This document shows positions 1-7,411 of a DNA stretch of 38,966 nt, piece by piece; position 1 is the first letter of the stretch; every line of letters begins with the position of its first letter. A program made the position numbers and the translations under genes. Source of the DNA: Actinomycetota bacterium (GTDB lineage Bacteria; Actinomycetota; Acidimicrobiia; Acidimicrobiales; Ilumatobacteraceae); NCBI GenBank assembly GCA_041184385.1, contig JBEGJV010000002.1, positions 1 through 38,966 of the forward strand. Direction: 5' to 3'. The notes under the pieces were generated by a model, which saw nothing but the letters and a program-made list of their open reading frames with translations, had not been told where the DNA came from and did no database searches.

Positions 1-282
1 GGTGCGTCACCGCTGCGCGTGTTCACGACCATCGCACTGCCCGGCGCTCGCACGGCGATCACTGCCGGTGCGGCGCTCGCATGGGCGCGTTCGCTCGGCG
101 AGTTCGGCGCGTCGATCACGTTCGCCGGCAGCTTCCCCGGCCGCACGCAGACGTTGCCGATGTCGATCTACGAGCTGGTCTCCACCGACTACCCGACCGC
201 ACTGACGGTGTCGTTCATGATGATGGTCGTCTCGGTCGCGATCATCGCGGCGTTGCGCGGTCGTTGGATGGTGACGCGATGA
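1..282 (+). CDS. modB: Molybdate ABC transporter permease, C-terminal fragment (5' end lies outside the window)
   Basis: Frame 1 is open from base 1 to TGA at 280-282. The translation ...AWARSLGEFGASITFAGSFPGRTQTLPMSIY... matches the conserved ModB permease loop and tail. The stop overlaps the next start (ATGA). Confidence 0.8.
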   Translation, partial: GASPLRVFTTIALPGARTAITAGAALAWARSLGEFGASITFAGSFPGRTQTLPMSIYELVSTDYPTALTVSFMMMVVSVAIIAALRGRWMVTR

Positions 283-926
283 CTCTCATCGTGCGCGGGA
301 CGGTCGGACGGGGGAACTTCCGCCGCGATGTCGACCTTGCGGTGGAGGCGGGCGGGGTGCTCGGCATCATCGGCCCGAACGGAGCCGGTAAGTCGACGGT
401 TCTCCACACGGTTGCCGGCATCGAGCGCATGGTCTCGGGTTCGATCGTCATCGACGGTGAGGTTCTCGACGGCCCAGGAGCGTTCGTGGTGCCTGAGCTG
501 CGGCGCGCGGTCGTCGTGTTCCAGGACATCCGGCTGTTCCCGCACATGGACGTGCTCGCGAACGTCGCCTACGGCCCCCGCAGCCACGGCGCACCGAGGG
601 CCGAGGCGGCAGAGCGCGCCCGGGCGGCGTTGGCCTCCGTCGGCATGGGTGCAATGGGAAACAGACGCCCGGCCAGCCTCAGCGGCGGGGAGCGCCAGCG
701 GGTGGCCCTGGCCCGCGCATTCGTGACGAACCCGCGCATCCTGCTGCTGGACGAACCCTTCGCCGCCGTGGACACCGATTCCAGGCCGGGTCTGCGCGAG
801 GTGCTGAAGAACCTGCTCGCCGGTTCGACGGCTCATGCCCTGGTGGTCAGCCATGACCAGGCCGACATCGAGGACCTGTGCGGTTCCGTCGTGGTGCTCG
901 GCGTATCCGAAAAATTCACTGATTAG
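279..926 (+). CDS. modC: Molybdate ABC transporter ATP-binding protein (short form, no C-terminal TOBE domain)
   Basis: Start chosen at ATG 279 (MTLIVRG...), which overlaps the modB stop. The upstream part of ORF 81..926 overlaps modB and is not used. Motifs: Walker A GPNGAGKST, signature LSGGERQRV, Walker B ILLLDEPF. Confidence 0.8.
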   Translation: MTLIVRGTVGRGNFRRDVDLAVEAGGVLGIIGPNGAGKSTVLHTVAGIERMVSGSIVIDGEVLDGPGAFVVPELRRAVVVFQDIRLFPHMDVLANVAYGPRSHGAPRAEAAERARAALASVGMGAMGNRRPASLSGGERQRVALARAFVTNPRILLLDEPFAAVDTDSRPGLREVLKNLLAGSTAHALVVSHDQADIEDLCGSVVVLGVSEKFTD

Positions 927-947
927 TTCACCTTCCGTTCACCGTGT
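926..947 (+). promoter_or_regulatory. PHO-box-like direct repeats (GTTCACCttcc GTTCACCgtgt) upstream of pstC
   Basis: Two identical GTTCACC heptamers at 926-932 and 937-943, exactly 11 nt apart. They sit in the 61-nt gap between the modC stop and the pstC GTG. The heptamer is the core of the actinobacterial PhoP 11-nt direct repeat unit. Confidence 0.6.
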
Positions 948-987
948 CGTCTATTCGGCGTCAGGCGCCACTGGGAGGATTTCGCCC

Positions 988-1956
988 GTGTCAGTCGTCG
1001 ATCCCGCCCCCCGCGTGCTCAAGGTCAGCAGGGGGACCTCCGACAAGGTGTTCCGCGGGGTCATCCTGGCCGGGGCACTTTTCTCGTTGATTGTTCTGGC
1101 GCTCATCTCGGGGTTCCTCCTGTACAGAGGCTTCGAGGTGTTCAAGGATTTCGGCTTCTCGTTCTTCACATCGACGAAGTGGGACGCCGCTTCGGAGGAC
1201 GGACTGATTCCTGCGTCATACGGCGTCGCCGCGATGCTTGTCGGATCCATGGTGATCGCCGCCATCGCGGTTTTCGTTGCCGTGCCGTTCGCGATGTCTG
1301 TTGCGTTGTTCCTCGAGTACTACGCGCCCCAGCGCATCAAGTCCGTGCTCGTGTCGATCCTCGACCTCATCGCTTCCATTCCGTCGGTCATCTGGGGCAT
1401 CTGGGGCTACACGATCCTGATGCCGCACGCGGCCGGTTGGTCGAAGAGCCTGAATCATTGGCTCGGTTGGTTCCCTCTCTTCAAGGTGCCGGCCCCCATT
1501 TTCGAGCGCTCACCGTTCATCGCGGGGCTCCTGCTGGCCATGATGATCCTGCCCATCATCACGTCCGTCGCGCGGGAGGTCTACAGCCAGGCTCCCCGCG
1601 ACCAGATCGACGCCGCCTACGGCCTCGGTGCGTCGAAGTGGGGCACCATGCGCGCGGTCGTGCTGCCGTTCGGCCGTGGCGGTCTCGTGGGCGGAACGAT
1701 GCTCGGGCTCGGACGCGCTCTCGGTGAGACCGTCGCGGTGTACCTGGTGCTGAACCTGGTCTTCAAGATCAACTTCCAGATCCTCGCCTCGGTGGGCGGC
1801 AACGTTGCCTCGCTCATCGCCGGCCGGTTCGGTGAGGCAACCCCGTACGAACTCAAGGCGCTGATGGCGGCAGGTCTCGTGCTCTTCGTGCTGACGCTCT
1901 TCGTGAACTTCATCGCCACCGCTATCGTCGCCCGCTCCGCAAAGGGACCACAGTGA
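988..1956 (+). CDS. pstC: Phosphate ABC transporter permease PstC
   Basis: In frame with ORF 835..1956. Start set at GTG 988, preceded by GGGAGGA at 973-979; upstream codons overlap modC. Multi-TM permease with a PstC-like core (...ASIPSVIWGIWG..., ...LGRALGETVAV...). Confidence 0.8.
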   Translation: MSVVDPAPRVLKVSRGTSDKVFRGVILAGALFSLIVLALISGFLLYRGFEVFKDFGFSFFTSTKWDAASEDGLIPASYGVAAMLVGSMVIAAIAVFVAVPFAMSVALFLEYYAPQRIKSVLVSILDLIASIPSVIWGIWGYTILMPHAAGWSKSLNHWLGWFPLFKVPAPIFERSPFIAGLLLAMMILPIITSVAREVYSQAPRDQIDAAYGLGASKWGTMRAVVLPFGRGGLVGGTMLGLGRALGETVAVYLVLNLVFKINFQILASVGGNVASLIAGRFGEATPYELKALMAAGLVLFVLTLFVNFIATAIVARSAKGPQ

Positions 1957-3020
1957 CAGCGGTCATCACGCCCGAGTCACTCCCTGTACCGGAGCCGCGC
2001 AGGCCATGGCGCAACCCCATGCAGACACTGCGCCAACGAGTGGTTGTGTTCGCCATTGCGGCGGCCATTGCGTCAATTCTGTACGCCGTCACCGGCCTTG
2101 ATGGTCTTCTCGGATGGTACGTGGCATTCGCGCTCTCGACCGTCGTCGCTGTTGCGGTCCAGTCATTCTTCACCGGGCGCAAGAGCCTGTCCGACCGCAT
2201 CGCATCGGCCGTCATCACCATCGGTTTTGCGACCGTCGTGATCCCGTGGATATCCCTCGTGTTCACGGTCATCAACCGCGGTTGGAAGGCCATTTACTGG
2301 GGCTTCTTCACCCACGACATGCTCGTCAACTCCATGGATGAACCCCTCAACATGGGAGGAATCTCCCACGCCATCGTCGGCACGTGTGTCATCGTCGGCG
2401 TGGCAACTCTCATCGCCGCACCGCTCGGCATCATCGCCGCCATCTACATCGTCGAGATCAACGGTCGTGCCGCACGGTTCGTGCGGTTCCTCACCCAGGC
2501 CATGAGCGGAGTCCCGTCAATCGTTGCGGGGCTCTTCATCTATTCGACGATCGTCATTGCGGTCACGCACAAGAACAACGGCATTGCGGGCGCGCTGTCG
2601 CTGGCCATCCTGATGCTCCCCACGGTTGCCCGCACCAGCGAGGAAGTGCTGAAGGTCGTTCCCCGAGAGGTGCGTGACTCCAGCTACGCACTCGGTGCCA
2701 CGCAACTGCGCACCACGATGCGCGTCGTGCTGCCGACGGTCCGGTCGGGTCTCATCACTGCCACCATTCTCGGCATCGCCCGTGTCGCGGGCGAGACCGC
2801 CCCGTTGTTGCTGACATCCCAGTACGCACTGCGCCTCACCACCAACATGTTCGACTCCACCATGGCGTCGATGCCCACCTACATCTTCGGGGCGCTGCGC
2901 ACGGGGACGGAGCTGTCGCTCGCCCGTGCCTGGGGTGCGGCCATGGTGCTGATTGCCCTGATCGTGATTCTGTCCATCATCGCCCGCCTGTTCGGCGGTC
3001 GCACCAAAGGGAGAAAGTAA
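1953..3020 (+). CDS. pstA: Phosphate ABC transporter permease PstA
   Basis: 355-aa ORF whose start overlaps the pstC stop (GTGA). PstA-like EAA region ...[43 protein letters not shown]... Confidence 0.85.
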   Translation: MTAVITPESLPVPEPRRPWRNPMQTLRQRVVVFAIAAAIASILYAVTGLDGLLGWYVAFALSTVVAVAVQSFFTGRKSLSDRIASAVITIGFATVVIPWISLVFTVINRGWKAIYWGFFTHDMLVNSMDEPLNMGGISHAIVGTCVIVGVATLIAAPLGIIAAIYIVEINGRAARFVRFLTQAMSGVPSIVAGLFIYSTIVIAVTHKNNGIAGALSLAILMLPTVARTSEEVLKVVPREVRDSSYALGATQLRTTMRVVLPTVRSGLITATILGIARVAGETAPLLLTSQYALRLTTNMFDSTMASMPTYIFGALRTGTELSLARAWGAAMVLIALIVILSIIARLFGGRTKGRK

Positions 3021-3022
3021 CC

Positions 3023-3910
3023 ATGAGCGAGCAGATTCCGGCCGAACAGACCGCCGAGACTATTGTTCCTTCCATCGCGACACCCGCGACACCTATGGAA
3101 GACCGCACCAGTCGCAACGCCGAGAATCTCGAGGTGAACGGTGCAAGCGGCCTCGAGGCGCGCGGCGTCCATGCATGGTTCGACAAGCACCATGCCCTCG
3201 CTGATGTCAACCTGCACTTCCCGCAGAACACGGTCACCGGTCTCATCGGTCCGTCGGGTTGCGGCAAGTCCACCTTCCTGCGGCTGCTCAATCGCATGCA
3301 CGAGTTCATCCCCAAGTCCGCCATGGCCGGTGAGGTTCTCTTCAACGGTGATGACATCTACGGTGCGTCGGTCGATGCCACCGAGATTCGTACCCGCATC
3401 GGCATGGTGTTCCAGAAGCCGAACCCGTTCCCGTCCATGACCATCGGCGAGAACGTGGTTGCCGGTCTGAAGCTTGCGAAGGTGAAGTCCAAGGACAACA
3501 AGGACGACCTCATCGAGGAGTGCCTCACCCGTGCCGGACTGTGGAAGGAAGTGAAGGACCGCCTGAAGGCCCAGGGTTCGTCGTTGTCCGGTGGCCAGCA
3601 ACAGCGTCTGTGCATCGCACGCGCACTGGCCCTGAAGCCGGAGGTTCTGTTGCTCGACGAGCCGTGCTCGGCGCTCGATCCGGGTTCGACGTTGCGCGTG
3701 GAGGAGACCATCGTGCAGTTGTCGGAGTCCATGACCATCGTCATCGTGACCCACAACATGCAGCAGGCCGCCCGCGTCAGCGACTACTGCGCGTTCTTCC
3801 TCTCCGACGGCGGCCCCGGACGCCTGATCGAGGCCGACCTCACCACGAACATCTTCTCGAACCCGAAGGACGACCGCACCGCCGACTACGTCCAGGGCCG
3901 ATTCGGCTGA
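3023..3910 (+). CDS. pstB: Phosphate ABC transporter ATP-binding protein PstB (with an N-terminal extension of about 35 aa)
   Basis: Walker [10 protein letters not shown], PstB-typical FLRLLNRM and [10 protein letters not shown], signature LSGGQQQRL, Walker [12 protein letters not shown]. Confidence 0.9.
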   Translation: MSEQIPAEQTAETIVPSIATPATPMEDRTSRNAENLEVNGASGLEARGVHAWFDKHHALADVNLHFPQNTVTGLIGPSGCGKSTFLRLLNRMHEFIPKSAMAGEVLFNGDDIYGASVDATEIRTRIGMVFQKPNPFPSMTIGENVVAGLKLAKVKSKDNKDDLIEECLTRAGLWKEVKDRLKAQGSSLSGGQQQRLCIARALALKPEVLLLDEPCSALDPGSTLRVEETIVQLSESMTIVIVTHNMQQAARVSDYCAFFLSDGGPGRLIEADLTTNIFSNPKDDRTADYVQGRFG

Positions 3911-3916
3911 CCCGCC

Positions 3917-3980
3917 GTTCACTTTCGGCCGGCCTCGTTCACCGACAGTTCACCGAAACATCGGCACCAGTTCAGGTGCT
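3917..3980 (+). promoter_or_regulatory. Cluster of PHO-box-like GTTCAC(C) direct repeat units upstream of pstS
   Basis: GTTCACT at 3917, GTTCACC at 3937, GTTCACC at 3948 and GTTCAGG at 3970. The units at 3937, 3948 and 3970 are in 11-nt register, with a degenerate unit at 3959. The cluster lies 75-135 nt upstream of the pstS ATG, which has the RBS CAGGAGGA. Confidence 0.65.
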
Positions 3981-4053
3981 CGCCTCAATCGGTAAATGTT
4001 GATCACTTAGGTTCTCCAGTGGATACAACAACCCCTCAGGAGGACACATCCAC

Positions 4054-5454
4054 ATGAAGCTTCGTATGAAGATCGGTGCGGCAATCGCAGCTGCCGCAAT
4101 CGTTGCCCCGGTCGCGTCGACCGTGGCATTTGCCGGTACTGCAATTGACGGCACCGGCGCCACCTTCCCCGCCAACATGTACGACATCTGTGCTGCCCAG
4201 TACAACCGCAGCACTCTTGCCAACCCGAACAAGGACACGGTTGCTTACGTCAGCCCGACCGGCTCCGGCGCGGGCAAGACCGCGTTCACCGGCCAGACCA
4301 AGGTGTGGGCAGGCACCGACTCGCTGTACACCTCGGGTGCACCGAGCTTCAGCTTCGTGTACGTCCCGCTGATCTCCGGCGCCATCTCGGTGATGTACCG
4401 CCTTGACGGCGTCTCCCCGGCGGGTGCGCAGGTTCGTCTCAGCCCGCTGACGGTCGGCAAGATCTTCGCCGGTCAGATCAAGACCTGGAACGACCCGGCA
4501 ATCGTCGCCGACAACACCGCCACCACCACGAAGGCCATCACCAAGGTGACGAAGAAGGGTGTCACCGTCTCGGCGAAGAAGTCGGGCAACAAGGTGACCT
4601 TCACGATCACCGGTACCGCGGCCGCCCTGAAGACCTACAAGGGCAAGATGGTGAAGATCGCGCGCACGACGAAGTCGGGCACGAACACCACCACCACCGA
4701 CATCTACAACAAGGCGCTGACCGCCAAGGGAACCGCTTCCTTCACCTACCAGAAGGACGCCACCTACGCGATCAAGGTCGGTGTGACCACGCTCGGTTCG
4801 GTTTCGGTTGATGACACGGTGTCCGGTGCGACCCTCACGCTGCCGGCAACGGCCATCAAGGTTGCCTACCGCTCCAGCACCTCGGGCACCACGAACAACT
4901 TCACCAACTTCCTGAACAAGGCTGTCGGTTCGATCTGGACCACCGCCGCGAACGACTCGTTCACCACGGCATTCCCCGGTGGCTCCACCGCGGTCCCGAC
5001 CGACGGATCCTTCCAGGCCGCAACCGGTTCTGACGGTGTCGCCAACTACGTGAAGGACAACAACGGTGCAATCACCTACACCGAGACGTCCTACGTGGAG
5101 GAGCGCAAGACGGCCAGCATCCAGTCCGCAGCCATCAAGAACAACGCCGGCAACTACGTGGCACCGTCCTCGAAGGCAACCAGCGCGTTCTACGCAGAGG
5201 CCACGATCAATGCCGATGGTTCGGTCACCCCGGACTACACGGTTGCCGCAGCTGATGCCTACCTGATCAACGCAATCTCGTACGGACTCGGTGCCACCGC
5301 AGCCTCGACCACGAACACCGCGGTCGCCAGCTGGTTCAACTACGTGCTGAAGACGTGTGCACCGGCCTCCGCCGAGACCGCGTACTACGCACCGCTCTCC
5401 GGCAGCCTTCTGACGAAGGCACTTGCCCAGGCAGCCAAGGTCGGCGCTGGCTGA
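4054..5454 (+). CDS. pstS: Phosphate-binding protein PstS (secreted or lipid-anchored), carrying an internal Thr/Lys-rich insertion of about 105 aa
   Basis: N-terminal signal peptide MKLRMKIGAAIAAAAIVAPVASTVAFA. PstS hallmarks IDGTGATFP, SPTGSGAGK, KTWNDPAI and SSTSGTTNNFTNFL. RBS AGGAGGA lies 8 nt upstream. Confidence 0.85.
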   Translation: MKLRMKIGAAIAAAAIVAPVASTVAFAGTAIDGTGATFPANMYDICAAQYNRSTLANPNKDTVAYVSPTGSGAGKTAFTGQTKVWAGTDSLYTSGAPSFSFVYVPLISGAISVMYRLDGVSPAGAQVRLSPLTVGKIFAGQIKTWNDPAIVADNTATTTKAITKVTKKGVTVSAKKSGNKVTFTITGTAAALKTYKGKMVKIARTTKSGTNTTTTDIYNKALTAKGTASFTYQKDATYAIKVGVTTLGSVSVDDTVSGATLTLPATAIKVAYRSSTSGTTNNFTNFLNKAVGSIWTTAANDSFTTAFPGGSTAVPTDGSFQAATGSDGVANYVKDNNGAITYTETSYVEERKTASIQSAAIKNNAGNYVAPSSKATSAFYAEATINADGSVTPDYTVAAADAYLINAISYGLGATAASTTNTAVASWFNYVLKTCAPASAETAYYAPLSGSLLTKALAQAAKVGAG

Positions 5455-5476
5455 TTCAACACCCCCACAGTTGAGG

Positions 5477-5506
5477 AAAGGGCCCGGGCACATGCCCGGG
5501 CCCTTT
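5477..5506 (+). terminator. Intrinsic-terminator-like hairpin after pstS
   Basis: AAAGGGCCCGGGCA-ca-TGCCCGGGCCCTTT. The 14-bp arms are perfectly complementary, and the hairpin sits 23 nt after the pstS stop. Confidence 0.6.
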
Positions 5507-5563
5507 CTGCGTCACGGCTCATCATCGGGGTGCCGCTGCACCCCGTAGTAGTTTCTGCACGGA

Positions 5564-6100
5564 ATGAGCGAGCAGACAGACACCCAGCACGCCTGGCTGA
5601 ACCCCGAGGACCTCCAGGCCGTGCGCAACCAGGTGCCCCTGGTGTACGTCGACGCCGTGCCCGTCCGCACCGACCATGACGGCACCGTCACCCACGTGGG
5701 CATGCTCCTGCGCCAGGCCGCCGACGGCAACATCAGCCGCATGGTGGTCTCGGGCCGCGTCATGCTGAACGAGCGCATCCGGGACGCTCTCATGCGCCAC
5801 CTGGAGAAGGACCTCGGCCCCATGGCCTTCCCGCGCATCCCCCCGGAGCCGTCGCCGTTCACCGTCGTGGAGTACTTCCAGGACCCGTCAGTCTCGGGCT
5901 TCTACGACCCGCGCCACCATGCCGTCAGCCTGGCATTCGTGGTGCCGGTGACGGGCGAGTGCCACCCCACGCAGCAGGCACTCGATCTCGCGTGGTTCAC
6001 GCCGGAACAAGCCGTCAGTACGGATGTCATCCGCGAGATGACGAGCGGTCACGACCGACTTATTCGTCTCGCTCTTGCAAGCGTGGGTCAGCTGCCCTGA
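5564..6100 (+). CDS. DUF4916-type NUDIX-fold protein (degenerate Nudix box)
   Basis: 178-aa ORF. ...VPLVYVDAVPVR...GRVMLNERIRDALMRHLEKDLG... resembles the actinobacterial DUF4916/NUDIX-like family. The family assignment is from memory only. Confidence 0.55.
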   Translation: MSEQTDTQHAWLNPEDLQAVRNQVPLVYVDAVPVRTDHDGTVTHVGMLLRQAADGNISRMVVSGRVMLNERIRDALMRHLEKDLGPMAFPRIPPEPSPFTVVEYFQDPSVSGFYDPRHHAVSLAFVVPVTGECHPTQQALDLAWFTPEQAVSTDVIREMTSGHDRLIRLALASVGQLP

Positions 6101-6114
6101 ACTAATTTGTGGTG

Positions 6115-7011
6115 GTGCCAGAGGGTGACACCATCTACCGAGCAGCAGCAGCGCTCCGTACCGCTCTCGTCGGTCACACCATCACCGGATTCGAGGCCGC
6201 GCGCCTCATCGGTCCGTCGCCCTCGATCGGTGCGGCGGTGGAGAAGGTGGAGAGCCACGGCAAGCACCTCGAGATCGTCTTCGACGACGGCATCGTGCTG
6301 CACACGCACATGCGCATGACAGGGTCGTGGCACCTGTACCGCCCGGGCGAGAAGTGGCGGAAGCGCCGCCACCAGGCGCGCGCCATCATCACCACCAACG
6401 AGTGGGTTGCGGTGTGCTTCAACGCGCCGATCGTGGAGACATGGCGTGAGGCGGACCAGAACCGCCACCCGCGCGCCGGCCGCCGCGGTCCGGATCTGTG
6501 CGACACGTCATCGGACCTGCACGAATGCGCCGCACGCCTGTTCCACTACGACAACCCGAACGCCACCATCGCCGATGCGTTGCTCGACCAGCGCGTCATG
6601 AGCGGCATCGGCAACGTGTACAGATGCGAGGTGCTGTGGTCGTGCGGCATCCACCCGTGGGCGACCGTCGGTTCCATCCCGGAATCAACATGTCTCGATC
6701 TCGTTCTCACCGCTGCCGGCCAGTTGCGTGCGAATCTCACTTCACCCGTGCGGATCACGGCGCCGGACGTTCCCGGGGGTCTGGCCGTGTACGGACGCAA
6801 CGGCCAGTGCTGCTCGCGTTGCGGCGACGTCATCAGGCTCACGAAGCACGGCGAGATGGCGCGGTTGCTGTACTGGTGCCCCGGTTGCCAGACGGGCTGC
6901 GAGCCGTACCCGGTGCTCGACAACTCCGATCCCGTCGCGCGCGCCACTGACCCTCACCCGGCCGGCAGTCTGTTCGTCAGCGACGTGCTGAAGCACCGCG
7001 ACGCGAGCTGA
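6115..7011 (+). CDS. nei: Fpg/Nei family DNA glycosylase / AP lyase (endonuclease VIII-like)
   Basis: Start placed at the third consecutive GTG (6115). This makes the mature N-terminus PEGDT, since the catalytic Pro must follow the initiator Met. Also GKHLEI, an H2TH region and a C-terminal zinc finger CSRCG...x19...CPGCQ. Confidence 0.8.
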   Translation: MPEGDTIYRAAAALRTALVGHTITGFEAARLIGPSPSIGAAVEKVESHGKHLEIVFDDGIVLHTHMRMTGSWHLYRPGEKWRKRRHQARAIITTNEWVAVCFNAPIVETWREADQNRHPRAGRRGPDLCDTSSDLHECAARLFHYDNPNATIADALLDQRVMSGIGNVYRCEVLWSCGIHPWATVGSIPESTCLDLVLTAAGQLRANLTSPVRITAPDVPGGLAVYGRNGQCCSRCGDVIRLTKHGEMARLLYWCPGCQTGCEPYPVLDNSDPVARATDPHPAGSLFVSDVLKHRDAS

Positions 7012-7021
7012 ACAGCCGCGT

Positions 7022-7411
7022 CTAGCCCCGGCCGAGGATGCGGTCCACCGCGATCTCTATGGCCACCCTGTCCTCGCGCTCGCCCGGCTGTCGGTAACGC
7101 GCGGCATACCCGGCAACGGCGAGAGCCACGCGCGCGGGATCGTCGGTGCCCGAGACGGTTCCCTCGAGCGAGAGCCAGCGGCCGCCGTCCACCTGCGAGA
7201 CCACGGCGCGACCACCTCGGAGTGCGTTGCGGTACTTCTGGGACGATGCGAACGTGATGACACGCACTGTGCGGGTCTCGTCGTCGTAACTGAACCCCAC
7301 CGGCACCACGTGCGGCGATCCGTCGGCGCGCATCGTGGTGAGTGACGCAAGGTGGTACTCGCGCAGGAAGGCGAGTGCCTCCTCGGTGAGTGAGCCGGGT
7401 TGCAACGCCAT
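7022..7411 (-). CDS. Pyridoxamine 5'-phosphate oxidase-fold protein (PPOX class, probably F420/flavin-dependent)
   Basis: Start taken at ATG 7411 (MALQPGSLTEEALAFLREYHLASLTTMRADGSPHVVPV...), which overlaps the permease stop by 1 nt (TGATG). The fold call comes from the typical LxT.r.DGsPhvvPv motif. Confidence 0.65.
   Translation of the reverse strand: MALQPGSLTEEALAFLREYHLASLTTMRADGSPHVVPVGFSYDDETRTVRVITFASSQKYRNALRGGRAVVSQVDGGRWLSLEGTVSGTDDPARVALAVAGYAARYRQPGEREDRVAIEIAVDRILGRG

Noticed and set aside
81-278. N-terminal extensions of several tracked ORFs: 81..926, 835..1956, 14253..16970, 16145..17389, 19075..21300, 23897..24679, 25863..27047, 30188..31789, 31588..32949, 32613..34256, 34944..36068, 35426..36571.
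   Set aside because: The extended parts overlap the preceding gene or repeat tracts and translate to Arg/Pro-rich nonsense. Internal starts with an RBS or a start/stop overlap give N-termini typical of each protein family.
4036-5493. Long antisense ORFs. These are 4036..5493 (485 aa, opposite pstS), 13815..15953 (712 aa, opposite folD and the protease), 17874..19052 (392 aa, opposite the RCC1 gene), 24632..26233 (533 aa), 7390..8313 and 38133..38960.
   Set aside because: Their translations are Arg/Gly/Pro/Asp-rich low-complexity sequence with no recognisable motifs. The opposite strand encodes clearly recognisable proteins with proper GC3 bias. They are typical stop-codon-poor shadow frames of a high-GC genome.
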